Source: an uncultured Thermoanaerobaculum sp. (lineage in GTDB: Bacteria > Acidobacteriota > Thermoanaerobaculia > Thermoanaerobaculales > Thermoanaerobaculaceae). Taken from it: DNA of 64,000 nt. A program made the position numbers and the translations under genes. The stretch's first letter is position 1, and the number at the start of each line of letters is the position of its first letter. This document shows positions 56,717-64,000 of this stretch, in pieces. Under the pieces are notes generated by a model, which had not been told where the DNA came from, searched no databases, and saw nothing but the letters and a program-made list of their open reading frames with translations. The DNA lies in NCBI GenBank assembly GCA_937934115.1, contig CALHAH010000011.1:15948-79947 (forward strand). The letters are read 5' to 3'.

Positions 56717-57118
56717 GTGGCTGGCCTGGTTCGTGAGCATCCCCATGAAGCCCGTTTTGTAGCAGGTTCCACCGTAATTGCCAAGGATTCGCGCCTGAAG
56801 GGTGAGTTAGCAGGCACCGCTGGGGTGCGTATCGAAGGGCAGGTGGAGGGCAACGTAACCGTGGACGGGCCGGTGGAAGTGGCGGAAGGTGCCAAGGTGC
56901 AAGGGGAAATCAAGGGGCGAACCGTAAAAGTGGCCGGGGAGGTGGTGGGTAACGTCCACGCCTTGCAGCTTGTAGAGCTTTTGGCCTCGGGTTCGGTCAA
57001 GGGCGATCTTTTCACCCCCTCCTTGCACGTGGTTGAGGGTGCTCACCTGGAGGGGCAAGTCCACATGGAAGCCCGACCACAGGCTTCGGCTTCGCAACCG
57101 CCACGAGCCAAGTCTTGA
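56717..57118 (+). CDS. bactofilin (polymer-forming cytoskeletal protein, DUF583)
   Basis: Beta-helical repeat pattern (VIAKDSRLKGELAGTAGVRIEGQVEGNVTVDGPVEVAEGAKVQGEIKGRTVKVAGEVVGNV...). GGAGG lies 5 nt before GTG 56717. The earlier track start would overlap the tRNA. Confidence 0.88.
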   Translation: MAGLVREHPHEARFVAGSTVIAKDSRLKGELAGTAGVRIEGQVEGNVTVDGPVEVAEGAKVQGEIKGRTVKVAGEVVGNVHALQLVELLASGSVKGDLFTPSLHVVEGAHLEGQVHMEARPQASASQPPRAKS

Positions 57119-57188
57119 AGCAGCCCTAACTTGCCAGTTCGCTCCGGGTCTTGACCTGGGTGTATACTGAGAACCGGAGGAGAAACGG

Positions 57189-57488
57189 ATGGCCGCCGAA
57201 GCGTCCACCGAGGTGGAAATTTACGGGCGACGCTACCGTTTGCGGTCTACCCACGAGGGCAGCGATATCGAGAAGCTGGCCGCCTTTGTGGATCGCCGTA
57301 TGCGGCAGTTGGCGCAGCACCTACCGCAGGTGGATGCCGCGAAGCTTGCGGTTTTGGCGGCACTGAATATCGCGGAAGAGCTTTTCCGCGAGCAAGACAC
57401 GGATCCTGGTACGCGGACCGAGAAGATTCGGGAGCGTGTGGAAGGGTTGATTGCAAAGCTTGACGCTGTTTTGGGGGCCTCGCCATGA
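57189..57488 (+). CDS. zapA: cell division protein ZapA
   Basis: 99 aa. VEIYGRRYRLRS...FVDRRMRQLA...KLAVLAALNIAEELF is the ZapA pattern. Confidence 0.85.
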   Translation: MAAEASTEVEIYGRRYRLRSTHEGSDIEKLAAFVDRRMRQLAQHLPQVDAAKLAVLAALNIAEELFREQDTDPGTRTEKIRERVEGLIAKLDAVLGASP

Positions 57489-57504
57489 GGTTCCCGGCAG
57501 CGAG

Positions 57505-57690
57505 GTTGGAGGCCCCTGCGCGGCAAGTGATGAGCGAAACTATCCTTGGACCAACACCTATTTGCGGGGTGCCGGGTCCTGCCACCCCGATCGAGCCATG
57601 CGGCGAGTGACGGGTGGTGGGTAGGCACCCAACCTGTGGCGTACAGGTTCAAATAGGATTGCTCACACGGCCGTTGCGGGGGCCAAGCTT
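57505..57690 (+). ncRNA. structured RNA candidate, 6S RNA (ssrS)-like by position and long imperfect helix
   Basis: 264-nt non-coding gap after zapA. GGCCCCTGCGCGGC...GTGATGAGC...ATCC...CTATTTG (57511-57564) pairs with CAAATAG-GAT...GCTCACAC-GGCCGTTGCGGGGGCC (57650-57684). These arms enclose local hairpins at 57566-89, 57612-30 and 57631-49. Ends are approximate. Confidence 0.4.
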
Positions 57691-57752
57691 GAGCTGAAAA
57701 CCCCGCCCTCGCGTCCCCTCGCGTGCCTTTCGATCCTTGAAAGGGGGGCAAC

Positions 57753-59321
57753 ATGGGTTCCACAGTGGTGCTGGCTGTGGCGGGGATCCTCGTAGTCGTG
57801 GGTGCAGCACTCCTCGTGACTGCTCTGCGGTGGCGTGGGAAGGTGCAGCACAAGGAAAGGGAAGCCGAGGAGCTGGCGCGCAAGCTTCTCGCTGCCGCGG
57901 AACAAGAAGCCCAACAAATAATCCGCGACGCCCAAATTGCGGCTCGCGAGAAGCTGTTGGCAGCTCGAGCCGAGTTCGAGAGGGAAACCCGGCTGGTCCG
58001 TGATGACCTTGTTGGTCTCGAACGGCGCCTGAGCGACAAGCAGCGGGAGCTGGAGGAAAAAACCAGGGCTTTGGAGAGCAAGGAAGCGGAGCTCAAGTCC
58101 CTGGAAGAGCGCCTTTCCCTGCGAGAAACGCAAATTTCGTTACAGGAAGACGCGGTGGCGGCCATGGTGGCGGAGGCCCGCACGCAGCTGGAGCGGGTGG
58201 CCGGACTCACCTCCGAACAGGCCAAACAAGAGCTCATGAAGGCCATGGAAAACGAGGCCCGCATGGAGGCTGCCAGGCTCATCCGCCGCATTGAAGAAGA
58301 AGCGCAACAGGAGGCCAACCATCGGGCGCGTAAAATCATTGCTACGGCCATGCAACGAATTGCCGCCGAGTATGTGGCGGAAAGCACCGTGGCGGTGGTG
58401 GACCTGCCCAACGACGAAATGAAGGGGAGGATCATTGGCCGCGAAGGGAGAAACATTCGGGCTTTAGAAAACGCCACCGGTGTAGACCTTATCGTGGATG
58501 ACACCCCCGGAGCGGTGACGCTTTCCTGCTTTGATCCCTTGCGCCGGGAGGTGGCGCGTCTCGCCCTCGAACGCCTCATGGCCGACGGCCGCATCCACCC
58601 CGCTCGCATCGAGGAGGTGGTGGCCAAGGTCCAAGCCGAACTGGAGGAGAAGATCTTCCGGGATGGGGAAGCGGCGGCCATGGAGATGGGCTTCCCCGAC
58701 CTCCACCCCGAGATCATGAAGCTTTTGGGACGGCTGCAGTACCGTACCTCGTATGGGCAAAACATCCTCGCGCACTCCAAAGAAGTGGCGCGTATTGCCG
58801 CGCACCTGGCCGAGGAGCTGGGGGCAAAGGTGCACGTGGCCAAGCGAGCAGCGCTTCTGCACGATATCGGCAAGGCGGTGGATAGGGAAATGGAGGGCAC
58901 GCACCTCACTATCGGTCGTGACTTGCTCCGGCAGTATGGGGAAAGCGAAGAGGTCATCCACGCCATGGAGTGCCATCACGGTGACGTGGATCCCCGCACC
59001 TTGGAGGCCATCATCGTTACGGCCGCGGACGCTATTTCTGCCGCGCGGCCTGGCGCCCGAAGGGAAATTCTGGAAAGCTACCTCAAGCGCCTGGCGCAGC
59101 TAGAGGCCATTGCCGGGGATTTTGCTGGGGTGCAGAAGGCCTACGCCATTCAAGCGGGGCGGGAGCTGCGCATCATCGTGGAAGCAGAGCGCATTTCTGA
59201 CGATGAAGCAGTTTGGCTTTCGCGCGACATTGCCAAGCGCATTGAAAAGGAACTCAGCTACCCCGGGCAAATTAAGGTGACTGTTATCCGCGAAACCCGC
59301 GCCGTAGAATACGCCAAGTAA
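57753..59321 (+). CDS. rny: ribonuclease Y
   Basis: N-terminal TM helix, a long coiled coil, KH ([13 protein letters not shown]) and HD domain ([16 protein letters not shown]); 522 aa. Confidence 0.96.
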   Translation: MGSTVVLAVAGILVVVGAALLVTALRWRGKVQHKEREAEELARKLLAAAEQEAQQIIRDAQIAAREKLLAARAEFERETRLVRDDLVGLERRLSDKQRELEEKTRALESKEAELKSLEERLSLRETQISLQEDAVAAMVAEARTQLERVAGLTSEQAKQELMKAMENEARMEAARLIRRIEEEAQQEANHRARKIIATAMQRIAAEYVAESTVAVVDLPNDEMKGRIIGREGRNIRALENATGVDLIVDDTPGAVTLSCFDPLRREVARLALERLMADGRIHPARIEEVVAKVQAELEEKIFRDGEAAAMEMGFPDLHPEIMKLLGRLQYRTSYGQNILAHSKEVARIAAHLAEELGAKVHVAKRAALLHDIGKAVDREMEGTHLTIGRDLLRQYGESEEVIHAMECHHGDVDPRTLEAIIVTAADAISAARPGARREILESYLKRLAQLEAIAGDFAGVQKAYAIQAGRELRIIVEAERISDDEAVWLSRDIAKRIEKELSYPGQIKVTVIRETRAVEYAK

Positions 59322-59349
59322 GGGCGGCCCACTCTGGCCGCCCTTTTTT
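59322..59349 (+). terminator. rho-independent terminator of rny
   Basis: GGGCGGCC (59322-29), 6-nt loop, GGCCGCCC (59336-43), then TTTTTT (59344-49). Confidence 0.8.
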
Positions 59350-59380
59350 GGTGGCTTTTCCTCGTTGCCCTCACCTTTGG

Positions 59381-60493
59381 CTATGACACTCCCTCACTGC
59401 TGGCACCTCTCGCCTTCGCGTACAACGCCAGAAGCGTTTGGCCGAGGGCTTCGTGGGTAAGCCTTGCCGTACGTTCACGCGCTTCTTCCCCAGCTTTCTG
59501 CCGCAACTCAGGGTTATGCTGCCATTGGGCAAGAAGCGTGGCCAAGGCCGCGGCATCACCGCGGGGCCACAACGCACCGGTGACACCGGGGATCACCAAA
59601 TCGCGGATGCCGGGGACGTCCACGGCCAGGGAGGGCACACCGCAAGCGGCGGCTTCCGCCACAGCACGGTGGGCCCAGTCAGATCCTGGTTCGGGGAACA
59701 CGAACACGTCCATGGTGTTATAAAGGCGCTCCAGACCTTCTTCGTAATAACCAGGGAAAACCACGCGGTTGGCAATCCCCAGCTTTTTGGCAAGCTTGTC
59801 CAGATGCGGCAGGAAAGGCCCCTTGCCGACCACCACGCCCCAAGCCTCAGGCACCGCTCCTAAAGCCAAGAGAAGGAGGTCTTGCCCGCGGCTAGGGTCC
59901 AACTTGCCCACGGTGCCCGCCACGAAGGCGCCTTTGGGGATACCCAGTTCGGCGCGTATGCGGTCACGGTGGGGCATGGGCGTGAAACGCGAATCCAAGG
60001 CCAGCGGTAATACCTGGACCTTGGCACGGGGAGCGAGCTTGCGGGCGGCTTTTTCCATTTCAGAGTGGACCAACCCTACGGCCGCCACCGATGCAAACAA
60101 CAAGCGGTGGTAAGGGTCAGGCCGCAGGTGCGAGGGGTGGTGCACCGAGCGCACCAGAAGCGGTTTTTGGGGGAGCGAGCGCCAGATCCACCAAGCCAAA
60201 AAATGGTCGTGGGGCAGGTGGGTGTGGACCACATCAAACCCGGCGGTGAGCTTTCGCAAGCTGGTGATCACCCGGTGTAGGGACGCCCAAGATCTCTCCT
60301 TTTCCAGGATGGGGTGGGCCCAGGGAAGGCCGGCCAGCCTGGCCTCCAAGTTTCTTCCGGGGCGAAAGACAAAGTGAGCTTCCACCCCTTTTTGGTGCAA
60401 AGCCTCCACCGCTTGGAGGGCAGTGGCGGCAGCTCCCGTCCAGCGATCGGCGGCCACAAGGTGCAAGACGCGCACTGCAGGATGATGCCCCAT
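59381..60493 (-). CDS. family 4 (GT-B) glycosyltransferase
   Basis: N-terminal VLHLVAADRWTGAA and C-terminal FVFPEPGSDWAHRAVAEAAACGVPSLA (E-x7-E-like motif). Confidence 0.85.
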   Translation of the reverse strand: MGHHPAVRVLHLVAADRWTGAAATALQAVEALHQKGVEAHFVFRPGRNLEARLAGLPWAHPILEKERSWASLHRVITSLRKLTAGFDVVHTHLPHDHFLAWWIWRSLPQKPLLVRSVHHPSHLRPDPYHRLLFASVAAVGLVHSEMEKAARKLAPRAKVQVLPLALDSRFTPMPHRDRIRAELGIPKGAFVAGTVGKLDPSRGQDLLLLALGAVPEAWGVVVGKGPFLPHLDKLAKKLGIANRVVFPGYYEEGLERLYNTMDVFVFPEPGSDWAHRAVAEAAACGVPSLAVDVPGIRDLVIPGVTGALWPRGDAAALATLLAQWQHNPELRQKAGEEARERTARLTHEALGQTLLALYAKARGASSEGVS

Positions 60494-60534
60494 GCTGCCG
60501 AAGTGGGCAAGGTGGTGCTAGCATCGGCAAGGAG

Positions 60535-60786
60535 GTGCGCATGGCTTTGGATCAGGAACTTTTGGATTTGCTTGTCTGCCCTGCCTGCCAAGGGGAGCTG
60601 GAGATGGTCATGCTGGCTCCCGAAGTGTGTGCGCTGTTGGTGGCCCGTTACCGTGAAAAGTTCAGAGACGAAGAGCCGGTGGTGGAGCAAGGATTGCGCT
60701 GCCAAAAGTGCGGCCTGACCTACCCGGTGGTTTCCGATATTCCGGTGATGCTGGTGGATGAAGCCTTACCTGCAGCGAGCCAGTAA
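60535..60786 (+). CDS. Trm112 family (DUF343) small zinc-ribbon protein
   Basis: LLDLLVCPACQGEL ... LRCQKCGLTYPVVSDIPVMLVDEA. Confidence 0.8.
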   Translation: MRMALDQELLDLLVCPACQGELEMVMLAPEVCALLVARYREKFRDEEPVVEQGLRCQKCGLTYPVVSDIPVMLVDEALPAASQ

Positions 60787-60789
60787 ATC

Positions 60790-61929
60790 GTGCGGGCCGC
60801 CGCTTGGGCCTCGGGTTTTTTGGTGGCGGGGGCGGTTCTTTCCTCCCGCCTAGGGCTTGCCAACCCTTTGCTTTTGGCCTCGGCAATAGCCACCCTTTGG
60901 GCTTGGCGTCGGGGCGAGTTTTTGGGGCAGCGCTGGGTTTGGCCTCTTTTGGGCCCCACGGCACTGTTTTTAGGGGCCTCGGTGTTGGCCGCGCTCCTTT
61001 CTTTGGATCCTGTGACCAGCCTGCGCCAGCTGCCGCGTTTGTTGGTTTTCCTTGTGATTCCGCTGGCGGCCAACCTCATGGACCAACGAGCGTGGTGGTT
61101 TTTAGGTTGGGGGTTGGCCGTCATGACGGGAGTTCTCAGCGCGTGGGGGTTGTGGCAATACACCCACGGATACGATTCGCTTACCATGCGTATTCGCGGG
61201 CCTCTTTCCCATTACATGACCTACGCTGGTTGGTTGCTTTTGGCACTTTGTGTGCTGTTGGCGTTGACGCTTCTTTCGCAGTGGCGCCACAGGTTCCTCT
61301 TTTTGCCCCCGGCGATCCTTGCGCTGGTGGCTGTGTTTTTGTCGTATACGCGGAATGTTTGGGTGGGGTTGGGGGTAGGGGTGCTGGTGCTGGCGGCCTG
61401 TTGGCGGCGGCGCTTGCTTTTGTTTTACCCGGTGTTGCTACTGGCGGTTTTGCTGGTTTTTCCCGCCAGCGTGCGGGAGCGGCTTTGGTCCATGCTGGAC
61501 CTTCGTCAGCCTGCAAACTTTGACCGTTTGTGTATGGTGTACTCGGGCGTGCAGATGGTTCGCGACTACCCTTTGACCGGTGTGGGCCTGGACATGGTAC
61601 CCAAGATGTACCCGCTGTACCGGCGCGATGATGCGCCGCGCTACCGTGTTCCCCACCTCCACAACAACCTCTTGCAAATCGCGGCGGAGCGAGGTTTGGT
61701 GGCCTTGGCGGCTTACCTATGGCTTTTGGGCTCCTTTTTTTCTAAAGCTTGGCGTCGCTTGCCGCTTTTGGTGGGTGGTCCGCGGGCTTGCGTGGCCGGT
61801 GCGCTTGCAGCGGTGGCAGCTATCACCGCTGCCGGGCTTTTTGAGTACAACTTTTGGGATGCGGAAATCCAGTACCTCACCTTTGCCCTCATGGGTGGGG
61901 CGTATGCGCCCATGGAGGTCAAGAAGTGA
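60790..61929 (+). CDS. O-antigen ligase (Wzy_C) family membrane protein
   Basis: About 10 TM helices. The loop ...SYTRNVWVGL... and HLHNNLLQIAAERGL are typical of O-antigen ligase-like proteins. Confidence 0.78.
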   Translation: MRAAAWASGFLVAGAVLSSRLGLANPLLLASAIATLWAWRRGEFLGQRWVWPLLGPTALFLGASVLAALLSLDPVTSLRQLPRLLVFLVIPLAANLMDQRAWWFLGWGLAVMTGVLSAWGLWQYTHGYDSLTMRIRGPLSHYMTYAGWLLLALCVLLALTLLSQWRHRFLFLPPAILALVAVFLSYTRNVWVGLGVGVLVLAACWRRRLLLFYPVLLLAVLLVFPASVRERLWSMLDLRQPANFDRLCMVYSGVQMVRDYPLTGVGLDMVPKMYPLYRRDDAPRYRVPHLHNNLLQIAAERGLVALAAYLWLLGSFFSKAWRRLPLLVGGPRACVAGALAAVAAITAAGLFEYNFWDAEIQYLTFALMGGAYAPMEVKK

Positions 61930-63293
61930 GGGTTTACCAGGTTTCCGAGCTGGTGGCCGCCATTAACGCTCAACTGGCGGGTTTTGGTGAGGTGTGGGTA
62001 CGGGGGGAGGTTTCGGGCGTGAGGGTTTCCTCCGCTGGGCACCGCTACTTCACGTTGAAGGACGCGGAGGGACAGCTGTCCTGTGTCCTGTGGGGGTCGC
62101 GGGCAGATCGTTTGCGGTTTAAGCTGGCAGATGGGCTTTCGGTTTTGGTGCGGGCCGTCTTAGAGGTTTACTCGCCAAGGGGAAGCTTGCAGCTCATCGT
62201 CCAGGAGCTGGTCCCGGAAGGAATTGGTGAGCTGCAACTGGCCTTCGAACAGCTGAAGGCTAAGCTTGAAGCGGAGGGACTTTTTGCCCCAGAGCGCAAG
62301 CGCCCCATGCCGGAACTCCCCCAGCGCATTGGACTGGTTACCTCCGCCTCGGGAGCCGCCGTGCGCGATGTGCTGAAAGTGCTTTCCCGCTGGCCGCACC
62401 TTTCGGTGCTCTTGTACCCGGTGCGGGTCCAGGGCAAGGGGGCGGAGGGAGAAATTGCTCGTGCCGTTCGTTACCTGGGCAAGCTGGGAACGCTCGATGT
62501 GATTCTGGTGGTGCGCGGTGGGGGTTCGCTGGAAGACCTTTGGGCGTTTAACGAGGAAGTGGTAGCTCGGGCCATTGCCGCCTCTCCGGTGCCAGTGATT
62601 TCCGGTGTAGGGCATGAGATCGATTTCACCATTGCTGACTTTGCCGCTGATATCCGGGCGGCAACCCCCACGCAAGCTGCGGAGCTGGTGGTGGCGCAAC
62701 TGGAGCGCCAGGCCCGCCGTTTGCAAGATGCGCAACGGTATTTGCTTTTCGCTTGGCAAAGGACCCTCACTTTGAGGAAAAACCGTCTGGCGCTACTTTC
62801 GGGGGCGAGAGGGCTGGCCCTTTTTCCCGCCCGCGTGCGGCAGGTCCGTGCAATTTTGCAGCGGGCTTTGGTGCTGCCGCAGCTGTTACGCGGCCTGGTG
62901 CTGCGGCGCCACCGCGGTTTTCAGCTGTTGGTTTCTCGTCTTTACGCGTGGCCAGTACGGTTTGGCGCCGCGCGGCGACGGGAGGTGCTGGCCGGGCAGG
63001 AGGCCATGCTTAGCGAGAGACTCAAAGCCTTGACCTTTCGCCGCCGGTTGGAGCTGGAAGCAAAGGTGCGAGCCCTGCAGGCGCTTTCGCCGGCGGGCAT
63101 CCTCAAGCGGGGGTACTCCATCACCACGCTGGAAGGTGATTCGAGGCCGTTGCGTCGCGCGGGGGAGGTACAGCCGGGGCAACGTCTGCAAACCCAGCTG
63201 GCGGAGGGTCTTGTGCGCTCGCTGGTGGTGGGGCGAGAATCCGGAAAACAACAAGCGCTTTTTCCTTTTGAGGATAACGAGGAGGGGGAATGA
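61926..63293 (+). CDS. xseA: exodeoxyribonuclease VII large subunit
   Basis: VYQVSELVAAINAQL...VWVRGEVSG...SGHRYFTLKD (OB fold); GLVTSASGAAVRD; RGGGSLEDLWAFN. GTGA overlap with the upstream gene. Confidence 0.93.
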   Translation: MRVYQVSELVAAINAQLAGFGEVWVRGEVSGVRVSSAGHRYFTLKDAEGQLSCVLWGSRADRLRFKLADGLSVLVRAVLEVYSPRGSLQLIVQELVPEGIGELQLAFEQLKAKLEAEGLFAPERKRPMPELPQRIGLVTSASGAAVRDVLKVLSRWPHLSVLLYPVRVQGKGAEGEIARAVRYLGKLGTLDVILVVRGGGSLEDLWAFNEEVVARAIAASPVPVISGVGHEIDFTIADFAADIRAATPTQAAELVVAQLERQARRLQDAQRYLLFAWQRTLTLRKNRLALLSGARGLALFPARVRQVRAILQRALVLPQLLRGLVLRRHRGFQLLVSRLYAWPVRFGAARRREVLAGQEAMLSERLKALTFRRRLELEAKVRALQALSPAGILKRGYSITTLEGDSRPLRRAGEVQPGQRLQTQLAEGLVRSLVVGRESGKQQALFPFEDNEEGE

Positions 63294-63532
63294 GCAAGGA
63301 AAGCTTTGAACAGGCCTTGGGTGAGCTGGAGGCCATTGTTTCCAAGCTGGAAGACGACACGGTGCCCCTGGAAGAGGCCCTCAAGCTTTTCGAGAGGGGC
63401 ATGAGACTGGCAAGGAAGCTCAAAAGCCAGCTCACGGCGGTGGAACGAAAGGTGGAGCAGCTGCTGGCCGAAGCCGAGGAAGGTGAGGAACCGCAGACCG
63501 CACCTTTCGCCGTGGAGCAGGAAGGTGATTGA
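63290..63532 (+). CDS. xseB: exodeoxyribonuclease VII small subunit
   Basis: SFEQALGELEAIVSKLEDDTVPLEEALKLFERGMRLARKL; ATGA overlap with xseA. Confidence 0.9.
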   Translation: MSKESFEQALGELEAIVSKLEDDTVPLEEALKLFERGMRLARKLKSQLTAVERKVEQLLAEAEEGEEPQTAPFAVEQEGD

Positions 63533-64000
63533 GCTTTTTTTGCAAGAGGAGCGGCAGCGCATCGATCGTGCCTTGGACGAGCTCCTGCCAGCGGAAGAGG
63601 CCTGGCCTTCCGATTTGCACCGGGCCATGCGCTACGCGGTGCTTGCCGGGGGCAAGCGGCTGCGTCCCATCCTTTTTCGGCTGGGCCACCGTATAGCCGG
63701 CGGTAACCCCGATGAGGTTTTGGCCGCGGCTTGTGGCGTGGAGCTTATCCACACGTACTCCTTGGTGCACGATGACCTTCCCGCCATGGACAACGACTCC
63801 CTGCGGCGGGGAAAACCCACGCTGCACGTGGTTTTTGGCGAAGCGTTAGCGATTCTGGCGGGGGATGCTTTGCTTACCGAAGGTTTCCGGTGGCTGGCCT
63901 CCTATCCCCCTGGAGAAGGGTGGGCGCCGCTGCGCGCCGAGGTTTGTCGCCGGATTGCGGAAGCCGTAGGTTCCACCGGAATGGCCGGGGGACAGGTGGA
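63525..64000 (+). CDS. ispA: polyprenyl (farnesyl/geranylgeranyl) diphosphate synthase, 5' part (runs off the right edge)
   Basis: Own translation from GTG 63525: ...GGKRLRPIL...ELIHTYSLVHDDLPAMDNDSLRRGKPT (first Asp-rich motif)...LAGDALL. Conserved xseB-ispA synteny. No stop before base 64000, so it is absent from the track. Confidence 0.88.
   Translation, partial: MIELFLQEERQRIDRALDELLPAEEAWPSDLHRAMRYAVLAGGKRLRPILFRLGHRIAGGNPDEVLAAACGVELIHTYSLVHDDLPAMDNDSLRRGKPTLHVVFGEALAILAGDALLTEGFRWLASYPPGEGWAPLRAEVCRRIAEAVGSTGMAGGQV

Noticed and set aside
57119-57188. TTGACC ... TATACT pair upstream of zapA as a promoter
   Set aside because: The two hexamers are only 6 nt apart, and no -35 lies at a 16-18 nt distance from TATACT. 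I cannot support it as a sigma-70 promoter.
57233-58966. 577-aa ORF antisense to rny
   Set aside because: The composition is dominated by Ser/Arg/Ala runs (…[25 protein letters not shown]…), typical of the reverse frame of a GC-rich, Glu/Leu/Ala-rich gene. The plus strand encodes an unmistakable RNase Y (TM, KH and HD domains) and ZapA.

Overview
GC-rich, gene-dense bacterial chromosomal segment with about 75 protein genes, one tRNA-Gly(CCC) and one candidate structured sRNA. I saw no transposase, integrase, phage gene, CRISPR array or island boundary. Most genes are core housekeeping, in tightly coupled operons with many 1-8 nt start/stop overlaps: uvrA, smpB, lpxC, glyA-rpiB-dgt-folC-accD, yebC-ruvC, ftsEX, rlmN, tatA, bamD-rpe, nfo, uppS-cdsA-dxr-rseP, truA, rny and xseA-xseB-ispA. 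The gene content suggests an Acidobacteriota/Myxococcota-like diderm: an HRDVSPQN-type Ser/Thr kinase, an MglA-like GTPase, DUF4388, bactofilin, many TPR proteins, an NtrYX-like pair and a multihaem cytochrome. I cannot verify taxonomy without a database search. The best candidate for something undescribed is a translationally coupled operon at about 49.9-56.6 kb, apparently headed by a sigma-54 promoter. It encodes a REC-histidine kinase, then an MglA-type small GTPase fused in one ORF to a GAF-histidine kinase, a single-domain response regulator, a RimK-like ATP-grasp ligase and the rRNA methyltransferase RlmI. Second is a 918-aa protein at 20071-22827 with a pseudo-receiver (acceptor Asp replaced by Thr), a Ser/Thr kinase, a TM helix and a periplasmic TonB C-terminal domain. 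It lies near an exbB-exbD-exbD-tonB-DUF4388-TPR cluster. Other points: a multihaem cytochrome gene running off the left edge that is missing from the ORF track; a 6S-RNA-like structured region between zapA and rny; a stand-alone triple-PASTA protein upstream of rpe; a tandem 17-nt repeat in the HD-GYP/lpxC divergent promoter region; and several possibly leaderless starts. All family assignments come from motif reading and memory, not searches. Many long ORFs in the track are GC-driven shadow frames and were rejected.
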